Translations under genes and position numbers: made by a program
Virus record (IMG/VR): IMGVR_UViG_3300037400_001691
Coordinates: 1-64,000 of that record
Length of the DNA stretch: 64,000 nucleotides
DNA from: a virus
Lineage: Duplodnaviria > Heunggongvirae > Uroviricota > Caudoviricetes
Reading direction: 5' to 3' (one strand)
Notes under the pieces: model-generated
What the model was told of the DNA's origin: nothing
The model's input: the letters and a program-made list of their open reading frames with translations, nothing else
Databases searched by the model: none
Shown here: positions 15,041 through 24,805 of the stretch, piece by piece
How positions within the stretch are numbered: the first letter of the stretch is position 1
Layout: every line of letters starts with the position of its first letter

Positions 15041-15292
15041 ATGTCAAGTGATAATGATGGTCGTCTTGCTAAATTTATTATAGCTAATTATGAAGAAGTA
15101 AAACTTCCTCTTTTTGTGCGAGGTGATAAAGTTCTTGTAAGAACTTTTAAATCTGATGTTTGGAGAGAAGCTATTTATAGTTTTACAGAAGTACGCAATG
15201 AAAGGAAATTTTATTTTGTAGTAGGTGGATGTTACTTTTATTATTGTATTTTATTTGATATTAACAAATTAGGAAAAATAACCGATGAATAA
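15041..15292 (+). CDS. hypothetical protein (83 aa)
   Basis: ORF. Confidence 0.5.
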   Translation: MSSDNDGRLAKFIIANYEEVKLPLFVRGDKVLVRTFKSDVWREAIYSFTEVRNERKFYFVVGGCYFYYCILFDINKLGKITDE

Positions 15293-15638
15293 ATTAATAT
15301 TAAATAATGTTTCATATATAGTTGAAGTAGCTAGTGATACAGATGAAGGTTGTGCTAGATGTGCTCTTCGTAATTTAAATGGAGGATGTTGTTCACCTTG
15401 TGAAGTTTTTGATCATCATGGGAAAGGATTAACTGAAGGTAATTGTTATTTCATAGAAGAGACTGAAGAAACAGAAAAAGCAAAAGAAGCAATAGTTAAT
15501 AAGAAAGCAGAAGTTGCTAAGAAATTATATGATGTTCTCGATCCTTTAGAAAGTTGTTTTGATGAGTGTCCTTTAAATGAAATTTGTGGATCTCCAAATA
15601 CAATTTGTGATACATTAAAAGACACAGCTAAATATTAA
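15285..15638 (+). CDS. hypothetical Cys-rich protein (117 aa)
   Basis: Contains CARCALRNLNGGCCSPCEV. Confidence 0.5.
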   Translation: MNKLILNNVSYIVEVASDTDEGCARCALRNLNGGCCSPCEVFDHHGKGLTEGNCYFIEETEETEKAKEAIVNKKAEVAKKLYDVLDPLESCFDECPLNEICGSPNTICDTLKDTAKY

Positions 15639-15649
15639 ATATATAAACT

Positions 15650-16642
15650 ATGTTCAGAAAATATTCTCATATTCAAAATTCTTATCAAACTTCATATATT
15701 GAAAGAGTAAGAGAGTGGACAAATAAAGACACAAAATTTGTCGCACAAGAAAAAGTTGATGGAACTAATTTTCAATTCTTTATAAATCGTAATAAAGAAT
15801 CTAAAGAATTTGAAATTAATTGTGGTAAGCGTTCATCAGAAATTGCTCCTAATGAAAGTTTCTTTAATTATAAAGAACTTCTTGCTCAAATGACTCCTAA
15901 ACTTGAAGATCTTTATGACATAATGAGTTATTATCATTATGATATAAGTAAAGGTATCATTGTTTATGGAGAATATTTTGGTAAAGGTATTCAGTCAAGA
16001 ATATTTTATACAGAAAATCAAGATTTTTATGGATTTGATATTTATCTTCCATCTATAGGAGAAATTATAAATCCTATTGAAGTTATGGATTTATTTGATA
16101 GTGCTAAAATATTTCATGCTGAAAATCTTCATATTGGAACTCTTGATGAAATGCTTGCACTTGATGTAACATTTTTATCAACAATTCCAGAGCGTTTAGG
16201 TTATAAAAATCCTGAAAACAATTATGCTGAAGGATATGTTATTAAACCTGTAGATGCTCCTTATTTTGCTCCAAATGGAGATAGAATTATTATTAAACAT
16301 AAGAATTCTAAATTCATTGAAATTGGACAACATAAGAAAGAAAAGAAAGTAATTGAGCCAGGTAATCCTCTTAAGTATAGAGAACTTCTTGATGCTGTAA
16401 ATAATTATTTTACAGTAGCTCGTCTTGAGAATTGTAAATCACATCTTGGTGATATAGAACTTCCAAATGATTTTGGTAAGTTACTTAAGGAACTTTGTTG
16501 TGATGTACTTAATGAGTTCTTAGAAGATGAAAATTATAAAGCAATTTATAATTCATTAGAAAAGAACGATCAAAAGATGCTTAAGACTGAAATTAATAAG
16601 AAGTCAGTGGCTCTTATTAAAGAAACTTACATGAATGGATAA
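15650..16642 (+). CDS. rnlB: RNA ligase 2 (T4 Rnl2-like, ATP-dependent)
   Basis: The N-terminus MFRKYSHIQNSYQTSYIE...FVAQEKVDGTNFQFFI matches T4 Rnl2 MFKKYSSLENHYNSKFIE...WVAREKIHGTNFSLII, including the KxDGxN lysine-adenylation motif. Downstream, VYGEYFGKGIQ and IIKHKNSKF also match, and the size is 330 aa. Confidence 0.85.
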   Translation: MFRKYSHIQNSYQTSYIERVREWTNKDTKFVAQEKVDGTNFQFFINRNKESKEFEINCGKRSSEIAPNESFFNYKELLAQMTPKLEDLYDIMSYYHYDISKGIIVYGEYFGKGIQSRIFYTENQDFYGFDIYLPSIGEIINPIEVMDLFDSAKIFHAENLHIGTLDEMLALDVTFLSTIPERLGYKNPENNYAEGYVIKPVDAPYFAPNGDRIIIKHKNSKFIEIGQHKKEKKVIEPGNPLKYRELLDAVNNYFTVARLENCKSHLGDIELPNDFGKLLKELCCDVLNEFLEDENYKAIYNSLEKNDQKMLKTEINKKSVALIKETYMNG

Positions 16643-16922
16643 GCAAAAAGTAATTGATCTTGGAAATAAACTTTGTAACCCTAATGGTGCTAATCTTCAG
16701 TACAGTGAGGTTACAGAGTTTATTTATGAATATCTCCAAGATAAAATGCCAGAAAAAGCTGGAGAAATGATGAAAGCATTCATGAGTTTCCCAGACAATA
16801 TTAAATTCGAAGCACTTAAAACTGCTATCGAATATTATACTAAAAAATTCGGAATTTTTACATTAAGAAAAGTTGATCCTTTTATAGGAGGACAACAAAT
16901 TACAATTATTAAATATTATTAA
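16635..16922 (+). CDS. hypothetical protein (95 aa)
   Basis: ORF. Confidence 0.5.
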   Translation: MDKQKVIDLGNKLCNPNGANLQYSEVTEFIYEYLQDKMPEKAGEMMKAFMSFPDNIKFEALKTAIEYYTKKFGIFTLRKVDPFIGGQQITIIKYY

Positions 16923-18058
16923 TGCAAGCTTGGTATAAAGACGGAGAAACTTATTCACAAACTTCTCCAAGTGCGGAAATCTACAAGGGAGAGTTGCCTG
17001 TAGGTATTTACAAAATTGAACACACAATGATGGGATATCGTCTAGCTAAACTTAAAGAAAGATTTGAGTTTAACTATAAATTGTACGATATTGAAACTGA
17101 GTTCATCGATCATGTTCTTCAATGGTGGAGTGAAACAAATCGCAATCTTGGTGTTTTGCTTAGTGGAACAAAGGGTACAGGAAAATCAGTTACTGCAAAG
17201 ATTATTTCAAATGCAGTTAAGCTTCCTGTAATTCTTATTGACGATAACGATGAAGATCTTATTAGATTTTTGACAACATTTGATTTTCCATGTGTATTCT
17301 TCTTTGACGAATATGAAAAGTTATTTAAAGATGGAAATCAAATTCTTACGTTAATGGATGGAGCTTTCTCTGATTTTAATCGTAAGTTATTTATTCTTAC
17401 TACAAATAGTTTTAAGATTAATGAAAATCTAATTTCTCGTCCTTCTCGTATTCGTTATCATAAAGAGTTTTATAATCTTTCTATTAATGTAATTTCAAAT
17501 TACATTGATGATAATCTTAAACGTCCAGAAAAAAAGCATGACATTCTTAAATTCTTGAATGAACTTAGTGAATGTACTATTGACATTATAAAGGCTATTG
17601 TTCAGGAAATTAATATGTTCAATTCTTCTATTGAGGAAATTCAAGAGTATATGAATCTCGATACTCGAATGTTTGCATATCATTGTTATAAATTTGACAA
17701 TAGTTATCAAAGTAAAGAAGATCAAATTACAAACATTGATGATTTCATCGCTCTTTGTAAAAGAATTGGAACTTCTGGAAAAGATATTCAAGGTGTTCAA
17801 AAAGATTATTTGATGTATAATGATTTAGGTCTTACTACATCATATTCAGATTTTATTTATAAATTCTCTGATTTAGAAGTAGGAGATAATCCTTTCTCTA
17901 ATAATGATAATTGGGAAATTCTTGCAATTAAAGATAATGCTTTCTTAGTTGCACCTCATTATAATCCAGAGGATATAAATGATTGGCAATTCTATTATAT
18001 AAAAGATCCTAATGAAGATAAAGGTCTTTATAGTGGTAAATTAGATTTAATTCTCTAA
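16922..18058 (+). CDS. AAA+ ATPase (clamp-loader-like features)
   Basis: Walker A GTKGTGKS, Walker B FFFDEYEK, sensor-1 ILTTN and SRPSRIR resembling the SRC arginine-finger motif. Confidence 0.55.
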   Translation: MQAWYKDGETYSQTSPSAEIYKGELPVGIYKIEHTMMGYRLAKLKERFEFNYKLYDIETEFIDHVLQWWSETNRNLGVLLSGTKGTGKSVTAKIISNAVKLPVILIDDNDEDLIRFLTTFDFPCVFFFDEYEKLFKDGNQILTLMDGAFSDFNRKLFILTTNSFKINENLISRPSRIRYHKEFYNLSINVISNYIDDNLKRPEKKHDILKFLNELSECTIDIIKAIVQEINMFNSSIEEIQEYMNLDTRMFAYHCYKFDNSYQSKEDQITNIDDFIALCKRIGTSGKDIQGVQKDYLMYNDLGLTTSYSDFIYKFSDLEVGDNPFSNNDNWEILAIKDNAFLVAPHYNPEDINDWQFYYIKDPNEDKGLYSGKLDLIL

Positions 18059-18468
18059 TGAATCTTAAATTTTATACAGATGGTGCTTATTCTTCTGCTC
18101 GTAATGCAGGAGGTATAGGCATTGTTTGTTTACAAGACGACGAAGTAATACTAAAATATTCAAAAAAATATACGAATACTACTAATAATAGAATGGAAAT
18201 GAAAGCAGTAATTCTTTCATTAAAATCTATTCAACAAAAAGTAGATAGTATTACAATAGTTAGTGATTCTCAATATGTAATTGGTTGTGCCACAAAAGGT
18301 TGGAAAAGAAAAAAGAATGTAGACTTATGGGAAGAATATGATAAAGCTTTTAAATATGCTTCTCAGTTCTGTTCTGACATTAAATTTGAATGGGTACATG
18401 GTCATAACGGAGATAAATATAATGAAATAGTTGATAAATTAGCAGTAAGAGCAAGTCAATCGTTATGA
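18058..18468 (+). CDS. rnhA: ribonuclease HI
   Basis: FYTDGAYS...GGIGIV...NNRMEMKAV...WVHGHNG matches RNase H type 1 catalytic motifs. Confidence 0.75.
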   Translation: MNLKFYTDGAYSSARNAGGIGIVCLQDDEVILKYSKKYTNTTNNRMEMKAVILSLKSIQQKVDSITIVSDSQYVIGCATKGWKRKKNVDLWEEYDKAFKYASQFCSDIKFEWVHGHNGDKYNEIVDKLAVRASQSL

Positions 18469-18818
18469 AAAAATTTGATGAAATTAAACTAAAACTTCAA
18501 CAGAAAATTGATAATATTATAGATTGTTTCGATTTCAATAAAGTTCATGAAATAATGGAACACCTTAATTGGACATGGGCTACTACATCAGGTAGAGTTC
18601 CTGATGTTCTTGATCTTAAACAATGTGCTCGTAAGCTTCTTAATGATGTAGTAGATAATTACATCAATAATAGAATATATGGGGATGAAAAAATTCATGA
18701 ATTTGATGTTTCAACAGGCGGATTTAAAGCAGAACTTTATTATGAAATACTTGAACTTTCTTTTATATTAGAAAGTTGGGATGAAGAAAATATTTTGGAT
18801 AAACCAAAAAACGATTAA
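18465..18818 (+). CDS. hypothetical protein (117 aa)
   Basis: ORF. Confidence 0.5.
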   Translation: MKKFDEIKLKLQQKIDNIIDCFDFNKVHEIMEHLNWTWATTSGRVPDVLDLKQCARKLLNDVVDNYINNRIYGDEKIHEFDVSTGGFKAELYYEILELSFILESWDEENILDKPKND

Positions 18819-18922
18819 ACAATGAAGTACAAAAACAAATTGAAGAAGCTTGAAGCAAGAATTAAGTTTTACGAAGCAATTAAAAACAAAACTGGTTATA
18901 CAAAACCAGGAAGTCAAAAGAA

Positions 18923-19123
18923 ATGAATAGTAAAAATTTTCTTTTAATTGTAGTGTGGATTTTATGTACACTACTTATATTAGATGGAGCACTCTCACTA
19001 ATCAATTGTTCCAGCACTATTGCTAATATTGTTGGAGTTATTCTAACTGCTCTTTATGCAGTACTAACTCTCAAGTCAGAATTTTTTACATCAAATCCAT
19101 TTAAAGTAACAACAAAAAAGTAA
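18923..19123 (+). CDS. small membrane protein
   Basis: Hydrophobic ORF. Confidence 0.45.
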   Translation: MNSKNFLLIVVWILCTLLILDGALSLINCSSTIANIVGVILTALYAVLTLKSEFFTSNPFKVTTKK

Positions 19124-19130
19124 ATTAAAA

Positions 19131-19922
19131 ATGAAGAAGTTTGTAAAGTTTTTCGTAGTAGCTATTGTAGCAGTTCTTACCCTTTCATCTTGTTATGAGC
19201 GTGTTGATGCTGGTTATGAGGGAGTTCTTGTAAACCTTTATGGTGATAAGAAAGGTGTAGATGATGCAAATCTCTGCACAGGTGCAGTTTGGTATAACCC
19301 ATTTACTCAGCGAGTATTTGAGTATCCTGTTTATGTTCAAACAGTAGATTATCCTGCTTTTGAAGTAAACTCAAAGGATGGAACCAAATTTACTATTGAT
19401 CCAAGTATTCTTATTAAGATTGAGGATACTAAGTCACCTTATATTTATAAGAAGTATAGAACTGAACTATCGGATATTATTAATAAGACTCTTTATGTAT
19501 ATGTAAGAGATGCAGCAAGAAATGAATTTAATAAGTATAATGCTGATCAGATTATATCCAATAGATCTGCTGTCGATAAAAGTTTTGAAACTAATGTTCG
19601 TAAGGCTTTAAAGAAGGAGCATTTCATTCTTGAGCAGCTAACTCCTGGCATAAAGTATCCACAATCTTACGAAGATGCTATTAATGCAAAGAATAAGGCA
19701 GTTCAGGATAGTATGCGAGTTCGTAATGAGGTAGCTGTTGCAAAGGCTGATGCTGAGAGAAAGATTGTAGTAGCTCAAGCTGAAGCTAAGGCTAATGCTC
19801 TCAAGACACAGGCTCTTACTAATGCTATTCTAAAGGCTCGCTGGATTGAGAAATGGGATGGTCATCTTCCAACTGTTACTAGTGGTAACAATATGATTCT
19901 CAACTTAAAGGATTTTGAGTAA
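19131..19922 (+). CDS. SPFH/band-7 (HflK/C-stomatin-like) lipoprotein
   Basis: Lipoprotein signal ...LTLSSC. The C-terminal A/E/K-rich segment KADAERKIVVAQAEAKANALKTQA is typical of SPFH. Confidence 0.55.
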   Translation: MKKFVKFFVVAIVAVLTLSSCYERVDAGYEGVLVNLYGDKKGVDDANLCTGAVWYNPFTQRVFEYPVYVQTVDYPAFEVNSKDGTKFTIDPSILIKIEDTKSPYIYKKYRTELSDIINKTLYVYVRDAARNEFNKYNADQIISNRSAVDKSFETNVRKALKKEHFILEQLTPGIKYPQSYEDAINAKNKAVQDSMRVRNEVAVAKADAERKIVVAQAEAKANALKTQALTNAILKARWIEKWDGHLPTVTSGNNMILNLKDFE

Positions 19923-20227
19923 TGATTTTCATTTTAATAGGAATTGTGTTCACCATAATATTTTATATGGTGTACACAAAATTTCTTGAATATCGTGATG
20001 AAAGATATAATTGGGTTAGACCACCTCTTCCATTATGGGCATTTCTTTCTGTAGCCATAATCGAATTAATTCCTATTCTTAATTTAGTTGTTGCGGGATT
20101 AATTCTTTTTGGTTTATTTGGAATGATTAATATTGAAAAGAATGTTAGATTAAAATCTCATTCAAAATCTAAAATTCTTGACTTTTTTAATTACGATTTA
20201 AATGCTAACAGCCGAAAAAATAACTGA
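19922..20227 (+). CDS. membrane protein (2 TM), possible SPFH partner
   Basis: Overlaps the SPFH stop (ATGA) and is hydrophobic. Confidence 0.45.
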   Translation: MIFILIGIVFTIIFYMVYTKFLEYRDERYNWVRPPLPLWAFLSVAIIELIPILNLVVAGLILFGLFGMINIEKNVRLKSHSKSKILDFFNYDLNANSRKNN

Positions 20228-20498
20228 ATATTGCGGAGATATTAAGTTTTTACAACGTCTTGAACAGACTATAGCTGGATTATCTAAAGTAGTAAATCCT
20301 GTTAAAAATCTTGTAAGAAAAGATATTTGTAATGCTGATCTCTATATGCTTGAAGCAATTGCAATCTTAGGAAAAGTGTCTCGTCTTTCTAAATCAGAGC
20401 GAGATACTATTCTTAATGTAATAGAATTTACAATAGATTATTATGAAAAATGGAAATCTGGAACCAATACTGAAGAAACTCAACCAACTATGCAATGA
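20202..20498 (+). CDS. hypothetical protein (98 aa)
   Basis: ORF. Confidence 0.5.
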   Translation: MLTAEKITEYCGDIKFLQRLEQTIAGLSKVVNPVKNLVRKDICNADLYMLEAIAILGKVSRLSKSERDTILNVIEFTIDYYEKWKSGTNTEETQPTMQ

Positions 20499-20937
20499 TT
20501 TGGACAGCTGGTATGATATAAATAAAGGAGGTTGCTGTTATGTCGCATATTTAATTGCTACAAATTTATGGAATCTTAAAATCAAATACAAATTAGTAGT
20601 ATGTGATAGATGGAAAACTTGCAAGGCCCTTAAAATGCGTAGAGACATAAACAGTTTAAGACTTTCAAATTATTCATTTAATCACTATTTCATAGAAGTT
20701 GATGGATTTCCTATAAATATGGGATATTTTAGCAAAGATGTATGTTATCAATCTAAAGCATCTTATATAAATCCTTTTTGTATAAATAAAATATACACAT
20801 ACTTTAAAGAAAGAAATGAATGGAATGTAGTATATAAACCTCATTATAATCCTATTATAAGAGACACAATTAACAAATTTTTTGAAGAAAATGAAGAATG
20901 TATTAGACAAATCGTTAATGCCTGTAGATGTGCATAA
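20443..20937 (+). CDS. hypothetical protein (164 aa)
   Basis: ORF. Confidence 0.5.
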   Translation: MKNGNLEPILKKLNQLCNDLDSWYDINKGGCCYVAYLIATNLWNLKIKYKLVVCDRWKTCKALKMRRDINSLRLSNYSFNHYFIEVDGFPINMGYFSKDVCYQSKASYINPFCINKIYTYFKERNEWNVVYKPHYNPIIRDTINKFFEENEECIRQIVNACRCA

Positions 20938-21367
20938 CGACGCTGAAATGGTAGCTATTGGTATTCGTGTTCCACTTGCTAAACCTATTGATGAATCTGT
21001 TTGGACTAAGACAGATGCAGAAAAGAAAGAATTAGCTAAGAAGCGTGCGGTACTTAAACATTATTTTGATGGTACAAAAGGTATAAGCACTACAAGAAAG
21101 TGGAGTATTCCATTTAGAAGTAAGCTTATCATTACCATCCAAAATCATCCTAAGTTTAGGAAGATTAAAAAGAATAAGAAGGGCGAAATTGTAACCAATT
21201 ATAAGACTACCTTTTCTCATGTTTGTGGACAGTCAGAAATTAAGGATGTCCTAAAGATGTTCGATGTTTATGATAAGCAAACAAAGTCTAAAGTAAATCT
21301 TGTCAAAAAGTATTATTGGAATGGCAAAGAGTATGCCCCAGATGTGCTACCAGCATGGGGATGGTAG
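20882..21367 (+). CDS. hypothetical basic protein (161 aa), TAG-terminated with TAG and TAA again within 7 codons
   Basis: ORF. Confidence 0.5.
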   Translation: MKKMKNVLDKSLMPVDVHNDAEMVAIGIRVPLAKPIDESVWTKTDAEKKELAKKRAVLKHYFDGTKGISTTRKWSIPFRSKLIITIQNHPKFRKIKKNKKGEIVTNYKTTFSHVCGQSEIKDVLKMFDVYDKQTKSKVNLVKKYYWNGKEYAPDVLPAWGW

Positions 21368-21624
21368 AATTCTGTATAGAGCTAATAGTTTTATATACGA
21401 ATTAACAACTAATCTCTTTTTTAAAAATGAAGGGAGGATGGAACTTGAAGCGTGTCGATATATATCGTCTCAAGTTCCGCTAAAATTTAAAAAAACATAT
21501 GTAGTTGAAAAACTTTCTAAACAATTAACAAGAACGAAAGAAATAGAACTCGTATGTGCTCCAATGGATTATATTACAAAAAATAACTTTGTACTAACAG
21601 AATTAAAGAACAAAAAGACTAAAA

Positions 21625-22248
21625 ATGTATCATGAGTGTATAAATATATCTAAGTTGTGTTGTATTGGAGGTTTATGTGAATCTTTTATCTTTGCTGATA
21701 TGTTTCAAAAAAGATACAAGAGTCCAACTGATACAATGACAGCAAAAAATTTTAAATCATTATTGGATTTATTTAATGGAAATCTATTTGATGCAGTTTT
21801 AAACGATAAAATTATTGAAACTAAATTTAATCAATTTAGAAGTGGTTATTCAAATGATGAAGAGTTTTTAAAGACGCATGATGATTTTAGTATAAGAAGT
21901 TATTGTAATACTAATAATGGTTGGAGTTGGTATTCTGGACACATAGACTTTACGTTACAAAATCGAAAGGAAGAATTTAAAAGAAGAATAGATAATTTTA
22001 ACAATTTTACTGAATTAGTAAAAAAAGAAGGAAATTATTATCTATATTCAATTTCTCCTTTTGATTTTAAATTAACAAAAGATGATCTTGAATACACAAT
22101 TAATAATCTACCTAACTATGTAGTTGATAATCTAATTATTTTAGGAACAAATAGATATCCTATGTTAGATATTTTTAAACAATTTAAGAATATATCAATC
22201 AATTTATCATTAGGTAGTAAATCTAACAAATGGTTAAAAATTAATTAA
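21625..22248 (+). CDS. hypothetical protein (207 aa)
   Basis: ORF. Confidence 0.55.
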   Translation: MYHECINISKLCCIGGLCESFIFADMFQKRYKSPTDTMTAKNFKSLLDLFNGNLFDAVLNDKIIETKFNQFRSGYSNDEEFLKTHDDFSIRSYCNTNNGWSWYSGHIDFTLQNRKEEFKRRIDNFNNFTELVKKEGNYYLYSISPFDFKLTKDDLEYTINNLPNYVVDNLIILGTNRYPMLDIFKQFKNISINLSLGSKSNKWLKIN

Positions 22249-22259
22249 AGTAAGTAAAA

Positions 22260-22709
22260 ATGGATGTAACAAAAATTAAAATTAATCCACGTGTGATTAA
22301 GGCAGCAGTAACAAACTTTGTTGATTTCAAGGGTGATACACATAAGATTACAGCAGTAGCTTATGATTCTCTTACAGGTAACGAATTTTGGTATGATGAT
22401 GTAACAAGAAAGGCTGTAGCTTTTGGTATTTCTATTCAGAATCCTCAGGATGAGTATGTAGAAGCTATTGGTATTAATCGTGCAGCTAAAGGTATTGAGA
22501 AGAAAATTTCAGAAGGTCAGTTTGTTCCAGAAATCACATCTAATTACGTTGCTGGTATAGATGATGATGTACTTGAGTTCTATCTCACAAGAGAGCTTGA
22601 TTATGTAACCAATAACATCAACATCTTTATAAAGGGTTACAACCAGGAGAAGGCTAAGTATGAGAAGAAGCGTGCTAAGAAAGATGCTGAAATCATTGAT
22701 AAGGTATAA
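22260..22709 (+). CDS. hypothetical protein (149 aa)
   Basis: ORF with GC somewhat above the local background. Confidence 0.55.
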   Translation: MDVTKIKINPRVIKAAVTNFVDFKGDTHKITAVAYDSLTGNEFWYDDVTRKAVAFGISIQNPQDEYVEAIGINRAAKGIEKKISEGQFVPEITSNYVAGIDDDVLEFYLTRELDYVTNNINIFIKGYNQEKAKYEKKRAKKDAEIIDKV

Positions 22710-23025
22710 ATACCTTATTATAACTTTAATATTAATACTTGTTGGCATATTATGTGCTAACAAGTATTTGACACATGAACCTGAAACAGTATATCCACAA
22801 ATTCAAAAACTGGATTCTATTGCTGATACAATTCGTAAAAATAATGATAGTATTATTACTACCATTAAAAATAACGAAAAAGTTTTGTTAGAAATAAGAA
22901 CTAAATATGAAAAAGATAGTATTACTATTGTCAATCAGTCTGTTGATTCCGATTACGAGTATTTCACAAACTATCTTAAAGGATTCTTTGATAACAATAA
23001 CTCCGACTCAACTAAAACAAATTAA
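22660..23025 (+). CDS. membrane-anchored protein (121 aa)
   Basis: N-terminal TM segment. Confidence 0.45.
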   Translation: MRRSVLRKMLKSLIRYKYLIITLILILVGILCANKYLTHEPETVYPQIQKLDSIADTIRKNNDSIITTIKNNEKVLLEIRTKYEKDSITIVNQSVDSDYEYFTNYLKGFFDNNNSDSTKTN

Positions 23026-23293
23026 TCTTATTTTTAATGAACATTCTTCATTAAAGAAAGAAAAGGAAGTTTATTTAGAGCAAATTAACTCTTACGAAAG
23101 AGTAATTGACAATTATCAGCAGTTAGATTCTGTAAATATTGTTAAGTCAAAATTGTATAAGCAAGAATTACAAAATAAGGAAAACACAATCTCCGAACTT
23201 AATAAAGCAATAAAGACGTCAAAAACTAAACATCATATTAAGAATTGGATTATTGGGGTTCTTGGTGCAGTTGTTGGACTTTTAGCAATATGA
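22907..23293 (+). CDS. secreted/coiled-coil protein with C-terminal TM
   Basis: Signal-like N-terminus MKKIVLLLSISLLIPITSIS. Confidence 0.45.
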   Translation: MKKIVLLLSISLLIPITSISQTILKDSLITITPTQLKQINLIFNEHSSLKKEKEVYLEQINSYERVIDNYQQLDSVNIVKSKLYKQELQNKENTISELNKAIKTSKTKHHIKNWIIGVLGAVVGLLAI

Positions 23294-23454
23294 AGGATGA
23301 CTTAAATAAACTTTTAAAAGATAGTTCTGGGTTTAAATACAAGCATCCTAAAAGAGATTGTAAAGATTGTTTACATTATCCGTGTTTTATAAATATGGAT
23401 AAGTTAAAATGTAATTTTGCAAAGTATGGATGCTCAGACTACAAAGACTCCTAA
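23245..23454 (+). CDS. small Cys-rich protein
   Basis: ORF. Confidence 0.4.
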   Translation: MDYWGSWCSCWTFSNMKDDLNKLLKDSSGFKYKHPKRDCKDCLHYPCFINMDKLKCNFAKYGCSDYKDS

Positions 23455-23767
23455 AATAATGACTTTAGCAAAATTAGTTGACTTCTGTGAAGATATAAGT
23501 AATTATATAAATTATGTATTCCAACTTTTGGACAAAGATGATATTAATAGATTTAATACTAAATATCTGATTTGTACAAGATATCCAAATTGGGATCATA
23601 AAACATTACATATTGGAGACGAAGGATACTTAAGTTGCGAAGAAGTTTTAAGTGGAATAACAGAATGGTATGATGGAAAGAAATTTATCCATCATAATTA
23701 TGATCATTTTCATTTTATTAAATTTGTTCCTTTAAAGGAAGAAGTTAAAAATGAAATTGTACTCTAG
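23417..23767 (+). CDS. hypothetical protein (116 aa)
   Basis: ORF. Confidence 0.5.
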   Translation: MQSMDAQTTKTPKIMTLAKLVDFCEDISNYINYVFQLLDKDDINRFNTKYLICTRYPNWDHKTLHIGDEGYLSCEEVLSGITEWYDGKKFIHHNYDHFHFIKFVPLKEEVKNEIVL

Positions 23768-23802
23768 ATCATTTTATATTTATTTTATAGTTATGAAAAA
23801 TA

Positions 23803-24702
23803 ATGAGTATAATCGGAGATGCACTAACACAAGCAATCGACGCAAAGAGTAATGATGTAAATTCATACGTTTGGAAAGGTCCAAAGAAGGATATTAACGG
23901 ACGTAAAGTACAAGACGAAATTAAGTTAATGGACATGAGTGTAGAGCAGTTACAAGCTGCTTTTGACCATTGTGCTTCTATGCTTTATAGTAATGATAAG
24001 GAAAATCCAGGAAGATATGTCCTTCTCAAAATTATTAAGGAGCAGAGAATGAAATGCAACGCAGAACTCTTTATGCGTTATCAGGAGAATACCTATCATA
24101 CATCTGATAGAGCAAAGTATCCTAGATTTCATTATCAAGAGGATTTACGTAAGTTCCTTCGTGATAATGAAGTACAGCTTAAAGAAATGTATGGAGTAGA
24201 AAACTTAAAAGAACTTCCTATGGGAATACTTAACAATATCCCATCAGAGTTTTCTAATATTCCTATTAATACAGTAATTGATGCTTGCCTTGATTCACTT
24301 GGTACTTTCAATAAAAAGCATATTACTTTAAACTTTATTACTAAGCTTCCTCTTTGGTTTACACAGCAAGAAATGAAAGATCTTACTGAGAGAACTGCTG
24401 ATGGAAAAATACGTAATAGACTTGAGGTAATTAAAGAAAGACTCGGAATCCGTAACAACATTCGTCTTATTATAGATGATGAAAATGCAAAACTTAATTA
24501 CACTGAATTTCGTGCAGCAGTTCAGTTAAAGAATAAGAATTATTCTCAACTTACAACTGATCAGCTCGTACTTCTTCAAAATAAACTTTTATTTTATCTT
24601 GAGGATGAAGTAGACGTTCATATTAAACAATGGGAATCTCGAATCAAACAGATTAATGAAGTTTGTAAACTTAAAGGATACAGACTTCAGGTAAATGGCT
24701 GA
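23803..24702 (+). CDS. hypothetical protein (299 aa)
   Basis: ORF. Confidence 0.55.
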   Translation: MSIIGDALTQAIDAKSNDVNSYVWKGPKKDINGRKVQDEIKLMDMSVEQLQAAFDHCASMLYSNDKENPGRYVLLKIIKEQRMKCNAELFMRYQENTYHTSDRAKYPRFHYQEDLRKFLRDNEVQLKEMYGVENLKELPMGILNNIPSEFSNIPINTVIDACLDSLGTFNKKHITLNFITKLPLWFTQQEMKDLTERTADGKIRNRLEVIKERLGIRNNIRLIIDDENAKLNYTEFRAAVQLKNKNYSQLTTDQLVLLQNKLLFYLEDEVDVHIKQWESRIKQINEVCKLKGYRLQVNG

Positions 24703-24805
24703 TTTATTTGGTCCCATTTCAAGGGATGAACGTCAAGCACAATGTATTGAGAATTGGGTAAAGCATAAAGGAAAAGCTACTGTTGTTGGTGCAACAGGTT
24801 TTGGT
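24695..24805 (+). CDS. SF2 (DExH) helicase, exon 1 (ends inside Walker A ...GATGFG)
   Basis: Translation is MADLFGPISRDERQAQCIENWVKHKGKATVVGATGFG. Joined to exon 2 it gives GATGFG-KT, a complete Walker A. Confidence 0.7.
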
